Shown: in pieces, positions 52,901-61,940 of the stretch
Numbering within the stretch: position 1 is the stretch's first letter
Layout of the letters: every line of letters begins with the position of its first letter
DNA from: Aulosira sp. ZfuVER01
Lineage (GTDB): Bacteria > Cyanobacteriota > Cyanobacteriia > Cyanobacteriales > Nostocaceae
Assembly (NCBI GenBank): GCA_034530615.2
Contig: JAVRCV020000066.1
Location: 1 to 64,000 of the forward strand
DNA length: 64,000 nucleotides
Direction: 5' to 3'
Position numbers and translations under genes: made by a program
Notes under the pieces: model-generated
What the model saw: the letters and a program-made list of their open reading frames with translations, nothing else
The model's database searches: none
What the model was told of the DNA's origin: nothing

Positions 52901-53239
52901 TTACCTGCACATGATACACTCACTTTTAATCAACAAGATTATGTAGCACCCAGAACGCAGATTGAAGATTTACTTGCGGAAATTTGGGCTAAGGTTTTAG
53001 GAAAAGAACAAGTAGGTATTCATGATAATTTCTTTGAATTAGGTGGTCATTCTTTACTAGCGACTCAGTTAGTGTCTCGAATTCGAGATACTTTGCAAAT
53101 AGATGTGCCTGTACGCAATTTATTTGAAGCGCCAACTGTAGAACAACTGGCTAGATATATTGAAACAATGTCTTGGTTAACACAAGGATTAGATAGATCT
53201 GAAGGTGGCGGAACTCAGCGCGAGGAAGTGGAATTTTAA
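49979..53239 (+). CDS. NRPS module C-A-T (Ile-type code)
   Basis: HHIICDD, YTSGSTGKPKG, YGPTE, GGHSL; code DAFFLGVTFK; C-terminal REEVEF. Confidence 0.95.
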   Translation: MSSEEVFVFPASFAQQRLWFLEQLNPGDSIYNVPTAIRLTGSLNLAALEQTFNEIVRRHEVLRTSFTVLDGQPLQVISPSLTIPLSLLDLQQLPIDTREAEAKRIISAEIEHPFDLSFGPLLRVILLELSQTEHILLLNMHHIICDDWSIGLLIREISLIYTAFTQNQPSPLLELPLQYADFAHWQREWLQGEVLETQLAYWRQQLNGISMLDLPSDKKRPNIQTYQGAIEFLELPPQLTNALEALSQQEGVTLFMTMLAAFQTLLYRYTHQEDITVGSPIANRNRSEIEELIGFFANSLVLRTDLSGNPTFKELLGRVRDVTLGAYSHQDLPFEKLVEELQPERNLSHNPLFQVVFGFQNAPMSALELPGLVPSFMNIDLQKIRFDLELNLWKCSEDFRSLWGGKWQLSEGIRGVMVYNTTLFEKSTITRMLEHFKILLSSIVRNADQPISNFSLLSGQELHQILVEWNDTQADYPLDKCIHQLFQEQVKQYPDCIAVSFNNQQLTYRELNNRSNQLAHYLQKLGVKSEVLVGISVEQSIEFIVGLLGILKAGGAYLPLDSNYPQERINFMLADAKVSVLLTQEKFLKHFIEFPHPSICIDKDWGMITQESEENITSNVSSNNLAYVIYTSGSTGKPKGVAVTHKAVNRLVCNTNYINLEPTDKVAQASNISFDAATFEIWGALLNGAQLVGISKDVILSPQELTLQLKQKGISVLFLTTALFQQIARNTPQAFATLRYLLFGGETIDIRWVRKIIKHGAPKQLIHVYGPTESTTFSAYYQVQEVPELAISIPIGRPITNTQIYLLDANLQPVPIGVVGELYIGGDGLAREYLNRPELTAESFITIPETGFIAEERLYKTGDLGRYLIDGNIEFLSRIDNQVKIRGFRIELGEIEAVLSEHPAVQQTVVIAAEDIPGEKQLVAYIVPHQEQSPTSVELRQFMAAKLPEYMLPTAYILLEFLPLSPNGKVDRRALPAHDTLTFNQQDYVAPRTQIEDLLAEIWAKVLGKEQVGIHDNFFELGGHSLLATQLVSRIRDTLQIDVPVRNLFEAPTVEQLARYIETMSWLTQGLDRSEGGGTQREEVEF

Positions 53240-53432
53240 CGTCGCCTAAGAATTTCTCATACTATCAGCCTTATGGTTGGTAGTTTTAAGTATAAATACT
53301 TGTCTTCTGCTGAAAGATATATTTACACACATAATATTTTATGAAAAAATGTATTATATATCACTCTCTAGGTTAAAGATAACCGTATAGCAAAACTATG
53401 AAATAGAGACAGCAGATAATATCTAATTTTTT

Positions 53433-53801
53433 ATGAACTATATTTTGATTTGTGATGATGTTTTGGATAACTGTATTTTCCTTCAAACAATTTTAGAATT
53501 AGAAGGTTATACAGTTGAGGTTGTCACATCTGGAATCGACGCCATCAATAGAATTAGGCATCAAAAGCCTGATTTGTTAATGTTAGACTTAATGATGCCT
53601 GATATTAATGGTTTTGAAGTTGCTAATATCATTCAACAAGATAAACATTTACAATCTTTGCCTATTTTGATCGTTACCGCGTATCAAGAAGCAATTGAAT
53701 CAAAGCCAGTTCATATAAAAGTAAATGGAATTTTAGAAAAGCCTGTAGATGTTGATACCTTGGTTCAAAAGGTTCAAGACATTTTAAATGTTGTAAAATA
53801 A
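53433..53801 (+). CDS. Single-domain response regulator
   Basis: ICDD, LDLMMP, VTA, KP. Confidence 0.88.
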   Translation: MNYILICDDVLDNCIFLQTILELEGYTVEVVTSGIDAINRIRHQKPDLLMLDLMMPDINGFEVANIIQQDKHLQSLPILIVTAYQEAIESKPVHIKVNGILEKPVDVDTLVQKVQDILNVVK

Positions 53802-53802
53802 G

Positions 53803-54189
53803 CTAATCTAAAATTTTTCTAACTTGATAAGTTACAGTATCAAAGTCAACAGGTTTTTGAATATATCCGTCAATCTTTAACTCAATATATTTTTTGTTAT
53901 TTATATCAAAAAAATCTTCCTTCCATCCTGTTACTAATAAGATAGGAATATCTTTGAATTTATCAGATTGTCTAATCTTACTTGCAACTTCAAACCCATC
54001 CATTACAGGCATCAACACATCTAATATTATTAAGTCTGGTAAGTTAATACTATTTTTTAGAAAAGCAAGTACTGCTGCAGCTGAATCGACTATTTCAATA
54101 TAACAGTCATCTGCTAATAGTATTGCTTCTAAAAGTCTTGCATCATCAGCAACATCATCGCAAATTAAAATCTGCTTTACAGTATTCAT
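53803..54189 (-). CDS. Single-domain response regulator
   Basis: ICDD, LDVLMP, VTG, KP. Confidence 0.85.
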   Translation of the reverse strand: MNTVKQILICDDVADDARLLEAILLADDCYIEIVDSAAAVLAFLKNSINLPDLIILDVLMPVMDGFEVASKIRQSDKFKDIPILLVTGWKEDFFDINNKKYIELKIDGYIQKPVDFDTVTYQVRKILD

Positions 54190-54449
54190 GAGTATCTTGT
54201 AGCGGTAAGAAGCTACAGGAGAAAATATTTAATAATTTCCGAAAAAATGCTTTATTCCAATTGAAATTATCATACATTTGTTTATAACGGTAATAAAAGT
54301 AGAAGTTACCGTATAGTTGATGACGGATTTCCTAATTCAAATGCTCAGAGTATTTGAAAAAGTAAAACACACCTGCCCTGGCAAATGAAATTCGCGCGCC
54401 AGTTGCTTTAAGAGTATTCCAAAAAATAAATTATCCAGAATCAAAACCT

Positions 54450-54524
54450 GTCATTGCGAGCGAAACGGAGTGTAGCGAAGCAATCTCAAGCTCTCTGCGA
54501 TTGCTTCGCTACGCTCGCAATGAC
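54450..54524. repeat. REP-like palindrome within a patchwork of repeat remnants
   Basis: GTCATTGCGAGCG...GAAGCAATC / GATTGCTTC...CGCTCGCAATGAC. Confidence 0.8.
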
Positions 54525-54707
54525 TGTAATTAATTTTGCGTGGTTACTTATATTTGCTAGTTTTCGCCTTCTTTGCAAAAAACTGAGATGCTCCTCATTC
54601 CTATAGATATATATAGCCAATCTATATTAATTACTTCTAAAGCTAAATACTAAAGTAAAGAATATCAACTTTAATATTATTAATTACTAAAATACGATCT
54701 ACTCATC

Positions 54708-54971
54708 ATGAGAGAAATTGTAACTTTTTTCTTTGGCTTAGGTTTTGTATTTAATGCTAGCTTGTTTATTCCACAAGCTTGGCGAATATTGAAAACCAAA
54801 AGCGCTAGGAATATTTCTTTAATTACTTTCGCTGGGTTTAATCTTATTCAGTTCGATGGAACTCTCTATGGATATTATCAAAATGATTTGATTTTGATGT
54901 ACGGTAATTTAATTAGTTTTATTAGCTGTGGAATAGTAACATTGTTGGCAACATACTATAGAAATAAATAA
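54708..54971 (+). CDS. PQ-loop / SemiSWEET-like small membrane protein
   Basis: FIPQ..RI.KTKSA..IS, three hydrophobic segments, YG, GN. Confidence 0.75.
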   Translation: MREIVTFFFGLGFVFNASLFIPQAWRILKTKSARNISLITFAGFNLIQFDGTLYGYYQNDLILMYGNLISFISCGIVTLLATYYRNK

Positions 54972-54997
54972 CTTGGCGTCTTAGCGATTTATTCCTG

Positions 54998-56116
54998 CTA
55001 ATGATTGACTCTACACTCAGCACAAAAATTGCTGACTGCTTCAGCAAACTGCTGGTTTTGCTCCATTAATGCCATGTGTCCGCCAGGTGTGATTGTAACT
55101 CTCTGAGAATAAGGTAACTCTGCTTTCATGCGATCGCTCGCCACTGGTTTAGTTGCTATATCGGAAGCACCACACACAACCAACGCTGGAACGTTAATAT
55201 TTGCCAGCGTTTTGGTTTCATCGAACTTGAACATTGCTAGTGTGCCACGAGCCAGAACACCAGGGGAACCCAAAGCTGATAACAACCCAGCAAAATTGAG
55301 TTGACCGCGTGTTTCTGTACCCGTAAATCCAGAAAGTTCTACAGTGATGTAGAGCGAACCATTGAGATAAGAAAGCCAAGTCATTAACCACAAAATTGGT
55401 GATAGCACAGTAGTCAGGTACAACAGCGGTTCCAGCAACGGCTTTTGTAATTTACGTACTACACCGCTAAAGATACAAGTTTTCAACGGATTAGTGTAAG
55501 TCGTATCGACAAGAATTAAGCCAGCAACTCTGCGTCCCAAATGCTCTGGAAACAGGCGGCAAAATGTTAGGTTAATCATGCCACCCATGCTGTGTCCTAA
55601 TAAAATCACAGGCTTATCCCCGGCGATAGCAACAACAGCTTCTAAATCACGGGCATATTTTTCTAAAGAATAATCCTTGTTTTTTGGTCTAGAGGATTTT
55701 CCCAAGCCTGGTAAATCCCAAACAATCACGCGAAAGCGATCGCTTAATTGTCGTTTGGCATAATACCATACAGTACTGTTTGGCCCCCAACCATGTGAAA
55801 AGATAATCGGTTGACCATCCTCGGGGCCAAAAAACTCTACTTGCAGTACGCTACCATCTGGTCGTGACAAACGCTGTACGCTTTGGCTACGCATGAACTG
55901 CGGTTCGTCTGAACCAGGACGGCGCAGTAATGGCAAACTGATAAAACGACCGCCAAAAGACCACAGTACCATTACTAGTCCAGCCACCAAGTAGGAAGTT
56001 CCTACAATTTCTCGTTCATACCATTCATAGAGAATGTAGATTCCCCCGCTAAGTATTCCAACCGACAGCAGTTGAACTAGCCATATCAGCAGGAAATTAT
56101 GAGGCATGAATATCAT
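54998..56116 (-). CDS. Membrane-anchored alpha/beta hydrolase
   Basis: Two N-terminal TM segments, HGWG, DLPG.G.S, GHSMGG, GH. Confidence 0.88.
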   Translation of the reverse strand: MIFMPHNFLLIWLVQLLSVGILSGGIYILYEWYEREIVGTSYLVAGLVMVLWSFGGRFISLPLLRRPGSDEPQFMRSQSVQRLSRPDGSVLQVEFFGPEDGQPIIFSHGWGPNSTVWYYAKRQLSDRFRVIVWDLPGLGKSSRPKNKDYSLEKYARDLEAVVAIAGDKPVILLGHSMGGMINLTFCRLFPEHLGRRVAGLILVDTTYTNPLKTCIFSGVVRKLQKPLLEPLLYLTTVLSPILWLMTWLSYLNGSLYITVELSGFTGTETRGQLNFAGLLSALGSPGVLARGTLAMFKFDETKTLANINVPALVVCGASDIATKPVASDRMKAELPYSQRVTITPGGHMALMEQNQQFAEAVSNFCAECRVNH

Positions 56117-56228
56117 GAGCCTAAACCTTGCGCACTGTGTTGTCTTTATAGCTACATAACACAGTTATAAAGATGAATCTTTCAACCCCAGGAATGATTT
56201 ATCGAGTGCTATGGGTGTGATAAAAAGG

Positions 56229-56392
56229 CATTTGTCATTCGTCATTTGGCGTTTGGTATTTGTTATTTCTCCCCTGCTCCCCTTCGGGTGACGCTCCTTC
56301 GTCGCTAACGCTGCGCTAACGCCAGTCCCTCATCGGGACGGAGATCGCCAAGACGGGGTCTGGTCTCACCTGCTTCCTGCCCCCTGCCTCTT
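56229..56392. repeat. STRR and small-dispersed-repeat composite upstream of the third NRPS
   Basis: (C/T)ATTTG(T/G) heptamers, CCCCTGC units, CCCTTCGGG and GCTAACG palindromic pieces. Confidence 0.65.
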
Positions 56393-56408
56393 ACCCAAGG
56401 GTTTCATT

Positions 56409-59400
56409 TTGAAAACGTTTGAATTCTTATCTTATCTTCGCAACTTAGATATTCAAGTTTTTATTGATGGCGAAATATTGCGCTGTAATGCTCCTGAAGG
56501 AAGTTTAACAGCAGAACTCCGTAGAGAAATTCAAGACCGTAAAGCAGAAATTATTGAATTTTTGCAAACTGCTAATCGTACTAATAATTATACTTCTACT
56601 CCGCTTCTACCTATTTCCCGCACCGGAAATCTTCCTCTATCCTTTGCTCAACAAAGACTGTGGTTTCTCGATCAACTATTACCTAACAATCCTTTTTATA
56701 ACGTTCCGGCAGCATTGCATTTAAAAGGTAGGCTTAATTTAGCAGCGCTAGAGCAAAGTTTTAACGAAATTGTGCAACGTCACGAAGCTTTACGCACTAA
56801 TTTTGTTATGCAGTCCGGGAAACCAGTTCAGGTAATTAAATCCCTATTAAAAATATCATTACCAATCATAGATTTGCGGCAACAGCCACCAGCCGAACTC
56901 GAAACAGAAGCACAAAAACTTATTACCCAAGAAGCTCAAAGACCTTTCAATTTAGCAACAGATTCTTTACTACGAGTAAGACTGTTGCAATTGGATGAAG
57001 CAGAATATATCTTGCTGTTGAATATCCACCACATTGTTTCCGATGGTTGGTCTATTGGGGTGCTATTTCAAGAAATTGCCGCACTCTACACAGCTTTTAC
57101 TAATAAACAGCCTTCTCCTTTACCGCAACTAAAAATTCAATATGCAGATTTTGCTCAATGGCAACGCCAATCACTGCAAGGGGAAGTTTTAGAAAATCAA
57201 TTAGCTTACTGGCGAAAGCAATTAAGTAATATTTCTATACTCAATTTACCTACCGACAAACCACGGACAGCCGTTCAATCTCACCGAGGTGCAAGGCAAT
57301 TTATAAAACTACCTAAAAGCTTGAGTGCAGCGCTTTTAACTTTTTCCCAGCAGGAAGGTGTAACTTTATTCATGACTCTGCTGGCGGCATTCCAAATATT
57401 ACTTTACCGCTACACTCAGCAAGAAGATATTGCTGTCGGTTCACCTATTGCCAACCGAAACCGCAGTGAAATTGAAGGATTAATTGGATTTTTTGTGAAT
57501 AGTTTGGTGTTGCGTACCAACTTCAGCGGAAATCCAACTTTTAGAGAATTATTGAGGCGAGTTAAAGAAGTCGCTTTAGGAGCTTACGCTCATCAAGATT
57601 TGCCTTTTGAAAAGCTGGTAGAGGAACTGCATCCAGAACGAAATTTAAATCAAAACCCTTTATTTCAAGTAGCATTTGCAGTACAAAATGCGCCGATGTC
57701 GGCGTTAGAGCTACCTGAATTAACAGTCAATACTTGGCCCTTTGATAGTGGAACAACGCGCTTTGATTTAGAGTTTCACTTGTGGGAGCCGGAAAAAAAG
57801 AATGGTTTCTGGGTAGATAGTTCGGAAGAAATTAGCGGTTTTGTGATTTACAGCACTGAGTTATTTGATGATGCTACTATTACTCGGATGCTGGAACATT
57901 TCCAAATATTACTTGAGGGTATAGTTGCAAATCCAGAACAAAGAATCGCTGAGTTACCCCTTTTAAGTGAATCGGAGTTACATCAGTTATTAGTGGTATG
58001 GAATAATACCAGAGTAGATTATCCTCAAGATAAGTGCATCCATCAATTATTTGAGGAAATTGTAGAGCAAAATCCCGATGCACAAGCACTTGTATTTCAA
58101 GAGCAACAACTTACCTATCAAGAGTTAAATCAACGCAGTAACCAACTTGCACATTATCTCAAAAAATTAGGCGTTGGAAGCGAAGTTTTAGTAGGGCTTT
58201 GTGTAGAACGTTCTTTTGATATGGTAATCGGGATGTTAGCTATCCTGAAAGCAGGCGGAGCATACTTACCTTTAGATCCAAACTATCCGCCTGAGCGTTT
58301 AAAATTTATGCTTGCAGATGCGCAAGTGTCAATTTTATTAACTCACCAGCAATGGGTTGAACGTTTAGGCGATTACAATTCGCAGATAATCTGTTTGGAT
58401 AAAAATTGGAAAGTTATTGCTCAAGAAAGTGAAGATAATCTTTCTAGCAAAGTTACAGTAGAAAACCTTGCTTATGTCATTTATACCTCTGGCTCCACAG
58501 GAAAGCCTAAAGGTGTAGAAATTGAGCATAGAGGATTGTTAAATCTAATTTTTTGGCATCAAAAAGCTTTTACAATTTCATCTCATGACCGAGTAACACA
58601 GATTGCTGGGATTGCTTTTGATGCTTGCGGTTGGGAAATTTGGCCTTACCTAACTGCTGGGGCAAGTATTTATATTGTAGATGATGAAATTAAGCGATCG
58701 CCTGAGCATCTCAAAGATTGGCTGATATCAAAAGCTATCACAATTTCTTTTTTACCAACACCTTTGGCTGAGAAGATTATATCATTAAATTTTTCTCAAC
58801 ATTCAGCTTTAAGAATATTACTAACAGGTGGAGATAAACTACATGAATATCCTTTAGCTTCCCATACTTTCCAGGTAGTTAACAACTACGGGCCTACAGA
58901 AAATACAGTTGTGACAACTTCCGGGCAAGTTAATGTTAAAAATCAAGGTAATATAACACCTACAATTGGTCGTCCCATTGCGAATACACAAGTTTATATA
59001 CTAGATAAAAATTTACAACCTTTACCTATTGGCGTTCCTGGGGAATTATACATTAGTGGTGATGGTTTAGCGCGTGGATATTTAAACCGTGCAGATTTAA
59101 CTGCTGAATGCTTTATGAAGGCAGAGGGCAGATGGCAGAAGGCAGAAGAAGGAAGAGAAGCAGGAAATCGTTTGTACAGAACAGGTGATTTAGTTCGCTA
59201 TCAATTAGATGGCAATATTGAATTTTTAGGTCGCCTTGATGAGCAGGTAAAAATTCGCGGCTATCGCATTGAGTTGGGAGAAATTGAAGCAGTAATAAAT
59301 CAGCATCCAGCAGTAGAGCAAACTGTAGTAATAACTTATGAGGATGCAGGTGAGAAACGTTTAGTAGCTTATGTTGTTCTGAATAGTGAATCCAGCAGCA

Positions 59401-61139
59401 AGCAAGAAAATCAGCAGTTAATGGAATTGCAAGAGGAGCAGGTTTTGCAATGGCAAATGCTCTATAACGAAACTTATCATCAATCTGCTGCCGATTTAGA
59501 TCCAAAATTTAATTTTATTGGCTGGAATAGTAGTTATACAAATAAGCCTATTCCAGTAGAGCAAATGCGTGAGTGGATAGATAACCAAGTCGCGCAAATT
59601 TTAGCTTTGCAACCACAGCGAGTATTAGAAATTGGGTGTGGAACAGGTTTAGTGCTTTTTAGAATTGCTCCTCACTGTTCTCAATATTATGGAACAGATT
59701 TTTCTCCGATTTCAATTAACTACATCCAACAGCAGTTGGCAAAGCAAGCAATACCGCAAGTAACGCTACATCAAAAGATGGCTGATGATTTTGCGGGAAT
59801 AGAAGCAGCAGCTTTTGATGTGGTAATTATCAACTCTGTTGTGCAATATTTTCCTAGTATTGATTATTTAATTCGCGTAATAGAAGGTGCTGTAAAAACA
59901 ACTGCGCCTGGTGGTTTTATCTTTTTAGGAGATGTGTGTAACCTACGACTTTTACAAGCTTTTCATGCATCTGTGCAACTATATCAAGCTGAACCTTCTT
60001 TAACCCGCGCCGAGTTGCAGCAACGGGTACAAATGCAACTTTTCCAAGAGACAGAGTTAGTCATCGATCCTGCTTTTTTTAATGCATTGAAGCAGCAATT
60101 TCCCCAAATTAGCCACGTACAAATTCAACTGATTCGGGGAAAAGAAAGTAATGAGTTAACTCAGTTTCGTTACAATGCTATTCTTCATATTAGCAGCGAA
60201 CAGCAGGAAAGCAGAGAAATACAATGGCTAGACTGGCGTGAAAACAATTTAACAATATCATCAGTAGATCGGTTATTAAATGAGAAGCAACCAGAGATTT
60301 TAGCTATTACCAATGTACCGAATGCACGGGTAATAGCAGCAGTGAAAACAGCAGCATGGCTAGCAGGTGAAGAAGATTTGCAAACAGCAGGCCAGATGCG
60401 TAAGGCTTTGCAAGAAATAGAGAATTTAGGAGTAAATCCCGAAGAATTTTATGAGCTGGCTAATCTACTTCCTTACAGAGTAAATATTAGCTGCTCAGAT
60501 TCTAGTAGTGAAGGAGATTATGATGTAGTTTTTGTACAGGAAGAAGCAATAAATCAAAAAATTGTTTTACCACACAGCACCCAACAACGTGCATGGTCTT
60601 CTTATGCAAATAATCCCCTACAAGCTAAAGCAGCACGTAAGTTAGTACCGCAATTGCAAACTTATTTAACGCAAAAGCTGCCGGATTACATGATACCGTC
60701 TATGTTTGTAGTGCGATCGCACTTACCTCTGACGGCTAATGGTAAAGTCGATCGTCGTGCTTTAAAAGTACCCGATTTCATCAACTCAGAATTAGCCGCA
60801 GGTTATGTTGCGCCTCGAACTCCCGTAGAACAAGTATTAGCGAAAATTTTTGCTGAGGTGCTAGGAATCAAGCACGTTGGTATTCACGACAATTTCTTTC
60901 AGCTAGGCGGACATTCTTTATTAGCAACTCAGCTTATTTCCAGAGTACGCGACAGCTTTGGCTTGGAGTTACCTTTGCGCAGTATATTTGAAGCATCGAC
61001 AATTGCAGAGTTATCTCAGGTCGTGGAAAGCTTTAAACAAAGCAATACTCAAAGTCAAGCCCCAGCTTTAGTACCATTATCCCGTGAAAGTCGGCGGATG
61101 AAGTTGTCTTCTTTAAATAAAGAGAGTCAGGAGAATTGA
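56409..61139 (+). CDS. NRPS module: TubC_N-type docking domain - C - A(Leu-type) - N-methyltransferase - T
   Basis: N-terminal LRCNAPEGSL...KAEII, HHIVSDG, code DAWFLGNVVK, GWNSSY / VLEIGCGTG / NSVVQYFP / NEL..FRY nMT motifs, GGHSL; TTG start. Confidence 0.95.
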   Translation: MKTFEFLSYLRNLDIQVFIDGEILRCNAPEGSLTAELRREIQDRKAEIIEFLQTANRTNNYTSTPLLPISRTGNLPLSFAQQRLWFLDQLLPNNPFYNVPAALHLKGRLNLAALEQSFNEIVQRHEALRTNFVMQSGKPVQVIKSLLKISLPIIDLRQQPPAELETEAQKLITQEAQRPFNLATDSLLRVRLLQLDEAEYILLLNIHHIVSDGWSIGVLFQEIAALYTAFTNKQPSPLPQLKIQYADFAQWQRQSLQGEVLENQLAYWRKQLSNISILNLPTDKPRTAVQSHRGARQFIKLPKSLSAALLTFSQQEGVTLFMTLLAAFQILLYRYTQQEDIAVGSPIANRNRSEIEGLIGFFVNSLVLRTNFSGNPTFRELLRRVKEVALGAYAHQDLPFEKLVEELHPERNLNQNPLFQVAFAVQNAPMSALELPELTVNTWPFDSGTTRFDLEFHLWEPEKKNGFWVDSSEEISGFVIYSTELFDDATITRMLEHFQILLEGIVANPEQRIAELPLLSESELHQLLVVWNNTRVDYPQDKCIHQLFEEIVEQNPDAQALVFQEQQLTYQELNQRSNQLAHYLKKLGVGSEVLVGLCVERSFDMVIGMLAILKAGGAYLPLDPNYPPERLKFMLADAQVSILLTHQQWVERLGDYNSQIICLDKNWKVIAQESEDNLSSKVTVENLAYVIYTSGSTGKPKGVEIEHRGLLNLIFWHQKAFTISSHDRVTQIAGIAFDACGWEIWPYLTAGASIYIVDDEIKRSPEHLKDWLISKAITISFLPTPLAEKIISLNFSQHSALRILLTGGDKLHEYPLASHTFQVVNNYGPTENTVVTTSGQVNVKNQGNITPTIGRPIANTQVYILDKNLQPLPIGVPGELYISGDGLARGYLNRADLTAECFMKAEGRWQKAEEGREAGNRLYRTGDLVRYQLDGNIEFLGRLDEQVKIRGYRIELGEIEAVINQHPAVEQTVVITYEDAGEKRLVAYVVLNSESSSKQENQQLMELQEEQVLQWQMLYNETYHQSAADLDPKFNFIGWNSSYTNKPIPVEQMREWIDNQVAQILALQPQRVLEIGCGTGLVLFRIAPHCSQYYGTDFSPISINYIQQQLAKQAIPQVTLHQKMADDFAGIEAAAFDVVIINSVVQYFPSIDYLIRVIEGAVKTTAPGGFIFLGDVCNLRLLQAFHASVQLYQAEPSLTRAELQQRVQMQLFQETELVIDPAFFNALKQQFPQISHVQIQLIRGKESNELTQFRYNAILHISSEQQESREIQWLDWRENNLTISSVDRLLNEKQPEILAITNVPNARVIAAVKTAAWLAGEEDLQTAGQMRKALQEIENLGVNPEEFYELANLLPYRVNISCSDSSSEGDYDVVFVQEEAINQKIVLPHSTQQRAWSSYANNPLQAKAARKLVPQLQTYLTQKLPDYMIPSMFVVRSHLPLTANGKVDRRALKVPDFINSELAAGYVAPRTPVEQVLAKIFAEVLGIKHVGIHDNFFQLGGHSLLATQLISRVRDSFGLELPLRSIFEASTIAELSQVVESFKQSNTQSQAPALVPLSRESRRMKLSSLNKESQEN

Positions 61140-61230
61140 TTCAGAAAGGCAGAAGGCAGGGGGCAGAGGGCAAAAGGTTTTAGGATTAAAATAGCAGGTA
61201 AAATAAGAGAGTCTAAAACCATGCACAGCC

Positions 61231-61482
61231 ATGACCACTAAAATTACATTAGAAATTGATGAAGCTTTGCTCCAAAAAGCAGAACGTTGGGCGAAGCAAC
61301 AACAATTGTCGCTTTCTGATGTAATTTCCAATTTTCTACGTCAGTTACCAGAATCTGATTTAATAGCCCAAAATGAACATGCTTTAGCAAAGTTTGCTGG
61401 AATTTTGAGTGATTCTGAAGCTAGAGAATTACAGCAGGCGATCGCAGCAGAGTTTGACCAGATAGACACAAATGAATGGTAA
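61231..61482 (+). CDS. Putative RHH-type antitoxin
   Basis: KITLEIDE.L...A..WA.....SLS pattern; overlaps the PIN gene. Confidence 0.75.
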   Translation: MTTKITLEIDEALLQKAERWAKQQQLSLSDVISNFLRQLPESDLIAQNEHALAKFAGILSDSEARELQQAIAAEFDQIDTNEW

Positions 61483-61861
61483 TGTAGCCTTGGATACTTC
61501 TGTCGCAGTGCGTTTTTTGAATGGCGATGAAGCAGTTGTGGCTCAGGTATTAGCATTGACAAAAGTTATTCTACCAACTGTGGTTGTGGGTGAATTATTG
61601 TTTGGTGCGGAAAATTCAAGTCGTTCTTTACAAAATCTACCGCGTTATCTAGAGTTTATTGAAACCTGTGAAGTAGTAACTTTAGGTCGAGAAACTGCGG
61701 TAATGTATGCTCGAACTCGGTTGGCATTGAAGCAGAAGGGGCGACCGATTCCAATGAATGATGTTTGGATTGCAGCCCAGTGTTTAGAACATGGTTGGCG
61801 GTTGGTCACGGATGATTCAGATTTTGCCTATGTAGATGGGCTGATCTTGGAAAGATGGTAA
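61472..61861 (+). CDS. vapC: PIN-domain toxin, VapC family
   Basis: LDTS, GEL, NDVWIAA, LVTDD acidic residues. Confidence 0.9.
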   Translation: MNGNVALDTSVAVRFLNGDEAVVAQVLALTKVILPTVVVGELLFGAENSSRSLQNLPRYLEFIETCEVVTLGRETAVMYARTRLALKQKGRPIPMNDVWIAAQCLEHGWRLVTDDSDFAYVDGLILERW

Positions 61862-61940
61862 TAGAATTCTATACAATTGCTTGTTACAGATACACAATGC
61901 ACTAGAACCAACAGTTTAAAGTTTATTCAACACTCAAAAT

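Noticed and set aside
54998..56116. Alpha/beta hydrolase as a type II thioesterase of the NRPS
   Set aside because: Opposite strand, membrane-anchored and lacking TEII-type N-terminal motifs; more likely a passenger
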